Assembly (NCBI GenBank): GCA_041649575.1
Contig: JBAZMW010000003.1
Span: 30,001 to 62,000, forward strand
Direction of reading: 5' to 3'
DNA length: 32,000 nucleotides
DNA from: Patescibacteria group bacterium
GTDB lineage: Bacteria > Patescibacteriota > Patescibacteriia > 2-01-FULL-39-33
Of the stretch, positions 1 through 8,223 are shown piece after piece. The notes beneath the pieces are model-generated. The model had not been told where the DNA came from. It made no database searches and saw only the letters and a list, made by a program, of their open reading frames with translations. Position numbers and translations under genes: made by a program. The stretch's first letter is position 1; each line of letters opens with the position of its first letter.

Positions 1-248
1 AAAGAAATAAAATCAGAATTGGTCAGATTAGCAATAATTCTAGCCAAAGTGGTTTTGCCCGATCCAGGCGGACCCCAAAAAATCATCGAGGGAATCTGGT
101 CTTTTTCTATCAACTGCCGCAACAGCTTGGTTTCACCAATGATTTCGTTTTGGCCCACAAAATCGGCCAAGGTATCAGGCCTCATTCTATCGGCCAAAGG
201 CGCTTCCAGGCCTAATTTTTGCCTTAAATTTTGATCAAATAAATCCAT
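1..248 (-). CDS. rarA: Replication-associated recombination protein A / MgsA-type AAA+ ATPase, N-terminal part (runs off window start)
   Basis: Minus-strand translation from ATG at 248: MDLFDQNLRQKLGLEAPLADRMRPDTLADFVGQNEIIGETKLLRQLIEKDQIPSMIFWGPPGSGKTTLARIIANLTNSDFIS; Walker A GPPGSGKT and typical RarA N-terminus. Confidence 0.9.
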   Translation of the reverse strand, partial: MDLFDQNLRQKLGLEAPLADRMRPDTLADFVGQNEIIGETKLLRQLIEKDQIPSMIFWGPPGSGKTTLARIIANLTNSDFIS

Positions 249-286
249 GAGAACATTTTACTCTGGTTCTGTTTTTCTGCCAACTA

Positions 287-315
287 TTGACAAAAATATT
301 GAAGTATGATATAAT
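287..315 (+). promoter_or_regulatory. Sigma70-type promoter TTGACA-N17-TATAAT
   Basis: TTGACA at 287-292, 17-nt spacer, TATAAT at 310-315, upstream of the 386 ORF. Confidence 0.75.
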
Positions 316-385
316 AGTAAATGTGAGTGTTTTAGAGAAATAGAGGAAAACAGCCAAAAACCGTGAGACATAGGAGGACTGCAAG

Positions 386-751
386 ATGAAAGTTCTTTTC
401 AAAACCGGCTGGCTGGTAGGCCGCCGCAAGTGGGCAAGCCGCCGGCGGCGCAGCAAAGCGTGGAAGCAGTTGAAGCGGGAGACCAACTGCCTCGAAGGTA
501 TACTCCGCAGAATGGAGATGTACCACTCGTTGGAGAACTGGACTTCCCGAGAAGGGAAGGATATCAACAATAGAATGGTACTCCGTGAGGCGGCGGCCCA
601 ACTCCCCAAGGTGGCGTCCGCGGAACAGCAATGCCGCCGCGTCGGCGTCAAGGAGGACGAGCTCGTCGCCATAGGAGAGCGACGAGCGCAGCATTGGAAG
701 ATGGTGAGCGTAGTAGAACTGAGCCGCGCCGTAAACACGGCCGGGCTCTAA
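386..751 (+). CDS. Hypothetical basic protein (121 aa)
   Basis: Open frame with AGGAGG Shine-Dalgarno just upstream (cataggaggactgcaagATG) and a consensus promoter 287-315; no recognised family. Confidence 0.55.
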   Translation: MKVLFKTGWLVGRRKWASRRRRSKAWKQLKRETNCLEGILRRMEMYHSLENWTSREGKDINNRMVLREAAAQLPKVASAEQQCRRVGVKEDELVAIGERRAQHWKMVSVVELSRAVNTAGL

Positions 752-769
752 CCGCGAAAGGAGAAGACC

Positions 770-1246
770 ATGAGCAACAAGCTGTTTGGGACCAGAGCCG
801 CACTGTTCGCCTTGCCCATGATGGCGCTGGGCTGGACGTTGGTATTCGCGATCAAAAGGGGGTACACCGAAGAACTGGAGGCGTTGTTGTATGCTTCCTT
901 CCTCTTCGCAGGGCTGACCTACTTCTGTTTGGCCGCCACCTGCGCCACCGCGTGCTACGACTGCTGCCGGCAGTTGTTGGGACGGCTGGAGAAAGCCTGG
1001 GCTGCCCGTACGGCCAAGGTGTCGGTGATCTGGTACGCCAACATAGCGGCCGGGGCAGCAATACTGCTGGTGGCCATCTACCTGGTGGCCTACCAGGTCG
1101 ACTGGCTCGAGTTCTTCGAGCTAAGGACGATGAGAGACAACGTACTACTCATCCTCCTGGCGACGCTGCTCGGCAGCGTCGGAGTGGCCGTCGGCGCCGG
1201 CACCAGCAATATGCTATCTATTCGCCTGTCACAGACGGACGAGTAG
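770..1246 (+). CDS. Small integral membrane protein, unknown function (158 aa)
   Basis: SD AAAGGAGAAG before ATG; several hydrophobic segments (ALFALPMMALGWTLVF, LLYASFLFAGLTYF, ANIAAGAAILLVAIYLV, VLLILLATLLGSVGVAVGAG); followed by a terminator. Confidence 0.7.
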   Translation: MSNKLFGTRAALFALPMMALGWTLVFAIKRGYTEELEALLYASFLFAGLTYFCLAATCATACYDCCRQLLGRLEKAWAARTAKVSVIWYANIAAGAAILLVAIYLVAYQVDWLEFFELRTMRDNVLLILLATLLGSVGVAVGAGTSNMLSIRLSQTDE

Positions 1247-1256
1247 CTCGCAGTCA

Positions 1257-1300
1257 ACCGCCCCCAGAGTGAAAACTCTGCGGGGCGGTGAATTATTTTT
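1257..1300 (+). terminator. Rho-independent terminator
   Basis: accgcccccagagt-gaaa-actctgcggggcggt stem followed by aattattttt. Confidence 0.75.
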
Positions 1301-1305
1301 AACTC

Positions 1306-1334
1306 TTGACAACCCAGAAGCAATGCTCTAATAT
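1306..1334 (+). promoter_or_regulatory. Sigma70-type promoter TTGACA-N17-TAATAT
   Basis: TTGACA 1306-1311, TAATAT 1329-1334, directly upstream of the 1374 gene. Confidence 0.7.
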
Positions 1335-1373
1335 AAGATGTCAAGAGCGGTTGACCACAACGGAGGAGTAGTC

Positions 1374-1640
1374 ATGGCAACTATCATCCTTGTACTTTCA
1401 GCAATCGGGGCATTATGTAGCTGGCTGATGGAATTCTCCCTGCCGCCAGACTCGCGCTTTGCTGGCAACTGGTGGGCGGAGAACAGCATCACCATCGTGT
1501 TCTGGAGTAATATGGTTCTAAGCGCCATAGTGATCGTCTTGGAGTACGCCGCCCAGAAGATCCAACAGCGAAAGAAGACGCGGGGAGGAGTCTGGCTGAA
1601 GCGCAGAAATAGGGAGTGGGATGAGAAGGAGGCCCACTGA
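1374..1640 (+). CDS. Small membrane protein with two hydrophobic segments (88 aa)
   Basis: ATG at 1374 preceded by CGGAGGAG; own promoter and terminator; start chosen internal to the provided ORF 1338..1640. Confidence 0.65.
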   Translation: MATIILVLSAIGALCSWLMEFSLPPDSRFAGNWWAENSITIVFWSNMVLSAIVIVLEYAAQKIQQRKKTRGGVWLKRRNREWDEKEAH

Positions 1641-1662
1641 CAACAGTCTTGGCAGAGCAAAA

Positions 1663-1706
1663 ACGTCCGACACCGGTGACTTTAGGTGTCGGACGTATTC
1701 TTTTTG
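1663..1706 (+). terminator. Rho-independent terminator
   Basis: acgtccgacacc / ggtgtcggacgt perfect 12-bp stem followed by attcttttt. Confidence 0.85.
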
Positions 1707-1715
1707 AAAGATAAT

Positions 1716-2402
1716 TTAATTGCCCCCAAATCTTCTGTTTCTCTTGTTGAATTCCTCGATGGCCGTATCTAAATCTGTTTGGGAAAACTCCGGCCAATGG
1801 CACTTCACAAAAAGCAACTCGCTGTAAACCGACTCCCAAGTCAGGAAGCCGGACAAACGCTGTTCACCGGAGGTGCGAATAATCAAATCCGGATCGGTTT
1901 GGCCAGCGAGCCAAATATTTTGAGAAATCAAATTTTCATCTATCTCTTGAGCCGGCCGACCGGACTGAACTATTTTTTTTACCGCTTCCACAATTTCCAA
2001 ACGGCCGCCATAATTAAGGCAAATATTCAATAATCCCCGTTCATTGTTTTTGGTTGCTTCTTCGGCTTCAATAATGGCTGTTTTTAATTTTTCTGACAGG
2101 CGTTCTCGGCTGCCAATAATCTTTAGCTTAATGCCGCGACGGTTAAACTCGGCAACTTCTTTGGTTAAAGCTCTATGAAGCAGATCCATCAGGTAGCCAA
2201 CTTCTTCCTCGCTCCGATTCCAATTTTCGGTGGAAAAAGCATAAATAGTCAGAGTCTTAATGCCGCGGTCAATACACCACTCCCCCACTTCTTTCAGTTT
2301 ATTATAGCCCCGACGATGACCCTCAAGAGTCGGCAGGCCGTGCTCTTTGGCCCAGCGGCGATTGCCGTCCATGATAATAGCTAAATGATTGAGTCCTGAC
2401 AT
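1716..2402 (-). CDS. uppS: Isoprenyl transferase (undecaprenyl diphosphate synthase)
   Basis: MSGLNHLAIIMDGNRRWAKEHG...YAFSTENWNRSEEEV...DPDLIIRTSGEQRLSGFLTWESVYSELLFVKCHWPEF: canonical cis-prenyltransferase motifs. Confidence 0.97.
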   Translation of the reverse strand: MSGLNHLAIIMDGNRRWAKEHGLPTLEGHRRGYNKLKEVGEWCIDRGIKTLTIYAFSTENWNRSEEEVGYLMDLLHRALTKEVAEFNRRGIKLKIIGSRERLSEKLKTAIIEAEEATKNNERGLLNICLNYGGRLEIVEAVKKIVQSGRPAQEIDENLISQNIWLAGQTDPDLIIRTSGEQRLSGFLTWESVYSELLFVKCHWPEFSQTDLDTAIEEFNKRNRRFGGN

Positions 2403-2425
2403 AAAATATAATTTTTTAATTTTTA

Positions 2426-2496
2426 TCGGGCTGCGCGGAATTGAACCGCGATTACACGCACCCGAAGCGTGCGTAATACCGTTATACCACAGCCCG
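2426..2496 (-). tRNA. tRNA-Pro (anticodon CGG)
   Basis: Minus strand CGGGCTG TG GTATAACGGTATTAC G CACGC TTCGGGT GCGTG TAAT CGCGG TTCAATT CCGCG CAGCCCG A; 7-bp acceptor, 5-bp anticodon stem with loop TTCGGGT (anticodon CGG), 5-bp T-arm. Confidence 0.88.
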
Positions 2497-2519
2497 TCTT
2501 GCCGATTAAAAATTATGAA

Positions 2520-2756
2520 TTAAGAATTGATTTCATTATCAACAGACTCGTTCTTATCTGGATAACAACACATCACATTATCCAGATATTGAAGGCCACA
2601 GAAATAATCACAAATAGAAACATTTTTAACAGCACATTTGTGAATATCAGTATCTTCGGCCTCATTCCAAGGACACTTCATCTGTTTCCAGGAGGTTTCT
2701 TTTTCTGAGACTAAATCAATATCCAGATTAGCGCCGTCTAAAATTTTAATCTCCAT
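2520..2756 (-). CDS. Hypothetical small cysteine-rich protein (78 aa)
   Basis: MEIKILDGANLDIDLVSEK...MKCPWNEAEDTDIHKCAVKNVSICDYFCGLQYLDNVMCCYP; ordered Cys pattern, sits tightly between tRNA and methyltransferase gene. Confidence 0.65.
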   Translation of the reverse strand: MEIKILDGANLDIDLVSEKETSWKQMKCPWNEAEDTDIHKCAVKNVSICDYFCGLQYLDNVMCCYPDKNESVDNEINS

Positions 2757-2760
2757 AATT

Positions 2761-3237
2761 TTATTTGTTCATAATCTGATAAGCGGCGATGCCGAAAGCG
2801 ACCGAGACATTTAAGCTCTCCTTAATCCCCTGCATTGGTATGTGCACCACGGCGTCGGCCCGCTTGAGCAATGCCTCTGAAACGCCGCTAACCTCATTGC
2901 CGATAATCAAAACTAAGGGAAACTTTGGCTTAAATATGCTAACATCAATACTGTTTGATGTCAATTCTAGGGCAACAATTTTAAAGCCCTGTTTCTTTAG
3001 TCTATCAACTAAACGCCAACTTGACCAGACCTGCTCCCAGAGCACCGACTTTTCCGCTCCCAAAGAAACTTTTAGAACTCCCTTTGGCAAGCTGGTCGCC
3101 TTGACGCCTCTGGTGGCGGCAGTGATGCCGCCTAAATAAATTTTCTTGACACCCAGGGCGTCGCTGGTGCGAAAAATCGACCCCACATTATACAGGCTGC
3201 GCAAATTATCGCAGACGACATAAAGGTCTTTGGCCAT
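2761..3237 (-). CDS. SpoU/TrmH family RNA 2'-O-methyltransferase
   Basis: LYVVCDNLRSLYNVGSIFRTSDALGVKKIYLGG...FPLVLIIGNEVSGVSEALLKRADAVVHIPMQGIKESLNVSVAFGIAAY: SPOUT motifs. Confidence 0.95.
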   Translation of the reverse strand: MAKDLYVVCDNLRSLYNVGSIFRTSDALGVKKIYLGGITAATRGVKATSLPKGVLKVSLGAEKSVLWEQVWSSWRLVDRLKKQGFKIVALELTSNSIDVSIFKPKFPLVLIIGNEVSGVSEALLKRADAVVHIPMQGIKESLNVSVAFGIAAYQIMNK

Positions 3238-3242
3238 AAAAA

Positions 3243-4808
3243 TTATTTAAGCTGACAACGCCACTGTCCCATATTATCGACGATTTTATCAAGACTGACT
3301 TCCTGCATTTTGCCACGCATGGTATTGTCGACATCGTTATAATTATCCGGCACAAAATAACGAATCGGACCAACCAAAAATTTAGGTAAAAGACCCATGA
3401 AATACAAATCCAAATTAGAAAATTTAGTCAGCCCGCTACCGCCGCTTAAATAGACTTTGCTGGTGAAGGTGCCATTACTATTATCACGCCAGCCGCTACC
3501 GCCCAAAGGAGAAACAGCATCAAGATAACGGCTCCAATGATCATAATTGGGGCTAGTAAGCAAAATTTTATTTTCTTGACCCGAGTCATCTAAAAATTTA
3601 GCTTTGCCGCTAAAATGATGCAACAACTCATGCGAAATATAACCAACGGCTCGATCTAGATCGTCATTACTGTCGACGCTATATTTTTCGACATTACCCA
3701 TATTGGCAATACCCTTGAGCTTGCCTTGGCTGCCAAAATTATAAGCCGAGTGCATCCGTGGCTGGCCCGTACCCAAAAAATCGTTAGTAAGCATCAGGTA
3801 TTTGGCAGTCACTGGCTCATTGAGGACAAAATTGTTATACAAAATTATAAAATCAAGATCGTCCTGGTTTTTGTCATAAAAAGTATTAATGACTTCGTTG
3901 TCCGGTTTTTTCTGACCATCAAAATCGGTGAATAGCAGCCAAGGATCGTCGCTAAGAATGGTCAGGGGGTAAGAGACATCCACCTCGGCCAAATCCGAAG
4001 AGGCCAGTTTGAAATTTTTGGCTAGTCGATCTTTGATTAGATTAATTTTATCTACCTGCTCCGGAGAATAATTTTCTTTGGCTACCAAAATAAAGGCTAC
4101 TTTGAATTTTTTGTTTTCACAATCAGCCGTATTTTTAACAGGCGCGGCCACGGGATTAAAAACAGTCTTGGTAAAACCATTGATTTCCCGCCGGCGCTGA
4201 TCGAAAGAAGCATCGCCGCTGACAATATCAGAAGTTTTGAATTTATTGGCAAAAATGCTTTGCAAATCCTTAAAGGGCCTAAATAAACCCTTTTCTATGT
4301 AATAATACCCCTGGGAGCTGGTTGATTTATAAACCAGGCCGGCCGGCAATTGATCGGGGCTGCTTATTGGCTCGCCCAGAGAATAATCCGGAAAGAAAGC
4401 ATCGGGCAATCTGACCAAACGCTTTTCCCAACGCGAACCATAAATTTCTTTTATTATTCCCTCATCCTTGAAAAGCCGCAGAACACCGCCGGGCTCGACA
4501 GCATAAAAATTATTATCAGTCTGAAAAGTGACAATTCTTATACCCGGCCGGACGGTGACATTTTTGTTCAAAGGGTATTGCGCCAACTGTTTTGCAGTCA
4601 AAGTGTTAACCTCGGAAAAATCATCGTACCAGGACTTGTAGGTGCTCTCGGTGGGAAAAGTGTGACGGAAATTGTTGCCATCCAGATAATAAACGGCCGG
4701 ACCATCAGCCGATTTGACCAAACTGCCAAAAGCAAAAACCGGCGAAGCCAAAATCGCTCCACCAAAAATAACCAAAGCCGTGAGTAGCAATCGATATTTT
4801 TTTATCAT
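3243..4808 (-). CDS. Secreted protein with HExxH-type (HELLHHF) putative metallopeptidase region and N-terminal surface-protein-like repeats
   Basis: Signal peptide-like N-terminus (LLLTALVIFGGAILASPVFAF); motif HELLHHF; repeated 'SADGPAVYYLDGNNFRHTFPTESTYKSWY' type segments. Confidence 0.75.
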   Translation of the reverse strand: MIKKYRLLLTALVIFGGAILASPVFAFGSLVKSADGPAVYYLDGNNFRHTFPTESTYKSWYDDFSEVNTLTAKQLAQYPLNKNVTVRPGIRIVTFQTDNNFYAVEPGGVLRLFKDEGIIKEIYGSRWEKRLVRLPDAFFPDYSLGEPISSPDQLPAGLVYKSTSSQGYYYIEKGLFRPFKDLQSIFANKFKTSDIVSGDASFDQRRREINGFTKTVFNPVAAPVKNTADCENKKFKVAFILVAKENYSPEQVDKINLIKDRLAKNFKLASSDLAEVDVSYPLTILSDDPWLLFTDFDGQKKPDNEVINTFYDKNQDDLDFIILYNNFVLNEPVTAKYLMLTNDFLGTGQPRMHSAYNFGSQGKLKGIANMGNVEKYSVDSNDDLDRAVGYISHELLHHFSGKAKFLDDSGQENKILLTSPNYDHWSRYLDAVSPLGGSGWRDNSNGTFTSKVYLSGGSGLTKFSNLDLYFMGLLPKFLVGPIRYFVPDNYNDVDNTMRGKMQEVSLDKIVDNMGQWRCQLK

Positions 4809-4815
4809 TAACTAA

Positions 4816-6156
4816 TTAATAATTTAAAATTGTTTTTACTCTTTTCGCTTCTTTGAATTTATGAAAAATTATCTTGTCTATATTGTAAGTGCCATATTTA
4901 GGCGCCTCGACAAAACCCTGGATAGCCGCCTCGGCCAACCAGCCGGATTTTAGCCAATCACCGAGCCATTCATTGGCATAAAGCGGGTTTTCCTGATCGA
5001 TGCCCGTGCCCAAGAGCCGCAGCCATTTCTGATTGAAAATTTCTTGCGAGCCAATAGGCGGCGCCATAATTATTGGCAAACCCAAAGCGCAATAAAAAGA
5101 TAGTTCACTGGGCTTGGTCCATAGGACGTCGGTGTTTCTTAGCAATAAATTAAACTTTCTGAAATATTTATCTTTGGTCGGCTCAAATAAAATCTTTACG
5201 CCCCAGCCAAGCGCCTTGGCCAGGCGCAGCCTTTTGATTTCTTTTTTAAAATAGTTGTTAACCTCATTATTGACGCCAGCCACCAGATTAATTCTCATTT
5301 TTTTGGCGATGACTTCTTTCTTCAAGCTAGCAACGATTTGCATTCCCAGCTCCCTTTGAGCGCCAGCGCCGCCGACGGCAAAAGTAATAGTCAGGGGGCG
5401 AATTAATTTGGTTCTGAGATTATTTCTGCCTAGTTGCTGAATTAAAGTTTTTTTATATTGGGAAATATAAACTTGATGCGGATCGAGCTGAATCAGCCGC
5501 CGGCCCAAATCGGCTTTCAAAATTTTCAGATTATCTCCCACGTTTTCTTGAGGCAAGGGAAAGCCGGTAAAAAATATCCGGCCGGGGTTGACGCCATAAA
5601 GCTTTAGTCTTTCCTCTACCCGCTTATTGGTGGCAAAATAAATGATCCGGCTGTTATGGGGATCGGGCGGCACCCAGGCGCGGCTGATATCGGTATCGCA
5701 TAAAACGCAATAAATCTCACCAGGATAATTGAAATACTCGGCCATCATGGCGGTGGCAAAAAAAGTAGTGACAAAAGGCAGGGGTTTTCTGGACAATTTG
5801 TCAATCAAGTGTTTGCCCCAATTATCTTTTTTGAAAAACTTGTAGATTTCCCTGAGTTGGATGTTGCTCTTGGACAGATCGCGGCGGGGATAGAATTGGG
5901 GGATGGACTGGATTTTATCGTAGAGCTCAAAGGCCTTATTGCCAATGAGCGGCACCATCTTGAAACGAGAAATAAACTCATAAAAAGCCCGGCTATTTTG
6001 CCAGATACTGCGGTCTTTCTCGGGAATGCCGGGGTAATTGTTGGCGGTGATAATTTTGCCTTGAGCGATCGATTTCAGAGGGTAGGCAGCCCGCTGATGG
6101 CCATAACCCATATCGACAGTCACCACCCAGGCTTTATGCGGCAAACTTTCGGACAT
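4816..6156 (-). CDS. MGDG-synthase/MurG-like family glycosyltransferase
   Basis: VVTVDMGYGHQRAAYPLKSIAQG...VTFATTFFATAMMAEYF...TFAVGGAGAQRELG...WTKPSELSFYCALGLPIIMAPPIGSQE. Confidence 0.75.
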   Translation of the reverse strand: MSESLPHKAWVVTVDMGYGHQRAAYPLKSIAQGKIITANNYPGIPEKDRSIWQNSRAFYEFISRFKMVPLIGNKAFELYDKIQSIPQFYPRRDLSKSNIQLREIYKFFKKDNWGKHLIDKLSRKPLPFVTTFFATAMMAEYFNYPGEIYCVLCDTDISRAWVPPDPHNSRIIYFATNKRVEERLKLYGVNPGRIFFTGFPLPQENVGDNLKILKADLGRRLIQLDPHQVYISQYKKTLIQQLGRNNLRTKLIRPLTITFAVGGAGAQRELGMQIVASLKKEVIAKKMRINLVAGVNNEVNNYFKKEIKRLRLAKALGWGVKILFEPTKDKYFRKFNLLLRNTDVLWTKPSELSFYCALGLPIIMAPPIGSQEIFNQKWLRLLGTGIDQENPLYANEWLGDWLKSGWLAEAAIQGFVEAPKYGTYNIDKIIFHKFKEAKRVKTILNY

Positions 6157-6199
6157 AATAAAAAATTAAAATCAGCAATTATAAATTATTATTATTATA

Positions 6200-6228
6200 C
6201 CAAAAACCCCGTTGAAATCCAACGGGGC
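6200..6228 (-). terminator. Rho-independent terminator of the HU gene
   Basis: Minus strand CCCCGTTG-GATTT-CAACGGGGTTTTTGG, immediately after HU stop. Confidence 0.85.
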
Positions 6229-6256
6229 TCTTGGCGCTTTAAAGCAGTAGCTATTA

Positions 6257-6538
6257 CTAGAGAACCGCTTCTTTGGCGGCTTTGGCGACTCGGAATTTAA
6301 CCACGGTTTTAGCCGGGATCCTGATGCTTTCGCCGGTAGCTGGGTTGCGGCCTTCGCGGGCTTTGCGCTGGACTTTGACCAGCTTGCCTAGTCCCGGAAC
6401 CACAAACTCGCCATTTTTCTTGACTTCGGAATAAGCCATATCGGTCAGCTTATCCAACAAAGCCACTACGTCTTTCTTGGCCAGGCCAGTGGCATCGGCC
6501 AGAGAACTCATTAACTGTGACTTGGTCATTTTAGCCAT
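6257..6538 (-). CDS. hup: HU family DNA-binding protein
   Basis: MTKSQLMSSLADATGLAKKDVVALLDKL...GEFVVPGLGKLVKVQRKAREGRNPATGESIRIPAKTVVKFRVAKAAKEAV. Confidence 0.97.
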   Translation of the reverse strand: MAKMTKSQLMSSLADATGLAKKDVVALLDKLTDMAYSEVKKNGEFVVPGLGKLVKVQRKAREGRNPATGESIRIPAKTVVKFRVAKAAKEAVL

Positions 6539-6615
6539 AAACTTTCAAGTTAATTATTAATTATGATTAATTGTTAATTAAACGATTCTACTTGCTGCAC
6601 TTATCCACAGGTTTT

Positions 6616-6644
6616 ATTATATTTCAATTCTATAGAAAAAACAA
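6616..6644 (-). promoter_or_regulatory. Putative promoter for HU gene (TTGTTT-N17-TATAAT)
   Basis: Minus strand TTGTTTTTTCTATAGAATTGAAATATAAT. Confidence 0.55.
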
Positions 6645-6664
6645 GGGAAAAGCAAAGATTTTTT

Positions 6665-6701
6665 AAAAAATAAAGCCCGACTCGAAACAAATCGAGTCGG
6701 G
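6665..6701 (-). terminator. Rho-independent terminator of the MFS gene
   Basis: Minus strand CCCGACTCGA-TTTGTT-TCGAGTCGGG followed by CTTTATTTTTT. Confidence 0.85.
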
Positions 6702-6719
6702 TGGAAACCCTCGCCGTCA

Positions 6720-7910
6720 TCAGCGAGAATTAAATGTCCGGTGATAGGTGGCGATCATAACCAAGCCGGCCAAAAGCGCGCTGACGCCCAAAAGCTCCAA
6801 GCAGAAAGCTAGCGACCAGTATTTGACCGCCAGACCGAACAGGCCCAGCGACACAACGCCGGCCACGCTGTTGGCGGTGGATTTGATGGAGGCGACCGTG
6901 GCTCGGTTCTCGCTGTCGAGGTGCCGGTGCAGGAAAAAGCCTAGGAAAGGCGTCATATATCCCCTGACCAAATTCTGCATCAAGATCAGAAGAACCGCCC
7001 ACTTGGTCACCCACGCGCCCATCAGCCAAATAGGCAAAGCGATCAGTAGCACCATTAGAACGATGCCGCCGAACTCGCCACAGCGCCGAGTGATTCGCTC
7101 GGCCTCATGACTGCTAATGGCGGCCACCACATTGAGCAGACAGAACATCCAGCCGAAATACTTGAGCGGCAATTCTACCAGCTCGAAGTAGGGGTTGTAG
7201 GTGAAAAACCAGATCTTGGAAACGGCGCCAATAAGCACCGAGAAGCCAATAACCCACTTCACCTGCCGGTGGTTGTAAACGAAAAGAGCGCTCAGCTTGA
7301 GCAAACGGAAATACTCTTGCCAGCTTTTCTCTCGCTTGATAATTACTGGCGGGTCGATCATACGATAAGCGGCCACGCAAGCGATAATCATAAACGGCAC
7401 GCCCAGCCAGACCGGCAAACGCAAGTTGACCTCCGCCAAATAGCCCACTGTGGCAGAACAAGCCGCGACCAAAGCCAGCCGGTAGGCGCTGGAGCGACCC
7501 TCGATTTTCTGGAACTCACTTTCCCGTCCCAAGAATTTCAAGGTGTCGGCCAGCATTGAGGTGTCGGCGCCAGAGATTAGCGACGCGCCTATAACCCACA
7601 GAAAATTGGCCAGCCAAATCGTCAAGGGACTAGTGGCGCTGGCAAAGACGGCCAGCTTGACGGACCAGACGCAAATGCCAATCAAGATGGTAAGGCGCCG
7701 GCCGAGCAAATCGGCCAAAGCGCCACAGGGACAATCCAGCAGAACAATGCCAACCACGCAGACCGCCTCCATTAAGTAGATATCCGAGAGCGTCATGCCC
7801 GACACCCGATTGATGAAGGTGATGAGTATCGGGCCCCAAAACAGCGGCTCCTTGAACACCTGAAACCAGAAGTACAACTTGATGTTTCTTTCGGCTTGCT
7901 CTCGAGTCAT
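6720..7910 (-). CDS. Major facilitator superfamily transporter (396 aa)
   Basis: Multiple hydrophobic helices, 'CGALADLLGRRLTILIGICVW' loop 2-3-like motif, SD AGGAGG upstream of ATG (gaagaggaggtctgccATG). Confidence 0.85.
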   Translation of the reverse strand: MTREQAERNIKLYFWFQVFKEPLFWGPILITFINRVSGMTLSDIYLMEAVCVVGIVLLDCPCGALADLLGRRLTILIGICVWSVKLAVFASATSPLTIWLANFLWVIGASLISGADTSMLADTLKFLGRESEFQKIEGRSSAYRLALVAACSATVGYLAEVNLRLPVWLGVPFMIIACVAAYRMIDPPVIIKREKSWQEYFRLLKLSALFVYNHRQVKWVIGFSVLIGAVSKIWFFTYNPYFELVELPLKYFGWMFCLLNVVAAISSHEAERITRRCGEFGGIVLMVLLIALPIWLMGAWVTKWAVLLILMQNLVRGYMTPFLGFFLHRHLDSENRATVASIKSTANSVAGVVSLGLFGLAVKYWSLAFCLELLGVSALLAGLVMIATYHRTFNSR

Positions 7911-7967
7911 GGCAGACCTCCTCTTCTATCGCCAGGCGATGTGTTAAAGTGCGATTTTTTCCAAACA

Positions 7968-7999
7968 GACAAACAAAAACCTCGGCTGTCTGGCCGAGG
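7968..7999 (-). terminator. Rho-independent terminator (minus direction)
   Basis: Minus strand CCTCGGC-CAGACA-GCCGAGG followed by TTTTTGTTTGT. Confidence 0.75.
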
Positions 8000-8031
8000 A
8001 GGTCTTATTATTTAGATTAGTTTTAACTTAT

Positions 8032-8148
8032 TTAAGAAATAAATAATTTAAACACCGCCTGGGCCAAACCACGAGAAAAAATGTCAGCAGGGACATAATC
8101 CAAGCCGGAGTTCTTCATAATAGTCTGGTGTTTAAATTCTAGTTTCAT
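8032..8148 (-). CDS. Possible small protein (38 aa) MKLEFKHQTIMKNSGLDYVPADIFSRGLAQAVFKLFIS, not in the supplied ORF track
   Basis: Short frame between a perfect consensus promoter (8174-8202) and a terminator (7968-7999), all in minus orientation. Confidence 0.35.
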   Translation of the reverse strand: MKLEFKHQTIMKNSGLDYVPADIFSRGLAQAVFKLFIS

Positions 8149-8173
8149 AATATTAATTTTACTTGCTGTTTGT

Positions 8174-8202
8174 ATTATAGTATACAAATAATTTTTTGTC
8201 AA
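8174..8202 (-). promoter_or_regulatory. Perfect consensus promoter TTGACA-N17-TATAAT
   Basis: Minus strand TTGACAAAAAATTATTTGTATACTATAAT. Confidence 0.8.
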
Positions 8203-8223
8203 ATTTAAAAGTATTATTAAATT

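Noticed and set aside
332-694. Minus-strand ORF antisense to 386-751
   Set aside because: The plus frame has the SD and consensus promoter; the minus frame has neither visible.
631-1272. 213-aa plus-strand ORF overlapping the 770 membrane protein
   Set aside because: Out-of-frame, Arg/Gly-rich shadow translation; the 770-1246 frame has SD, hydrophobic pattern and fits promoter/terminator.
1338-1373. Upstream extension of the 1374 gene
   Set aside because: The extension would start almost on the -10 region; the SD-supported ATG is at 1374.
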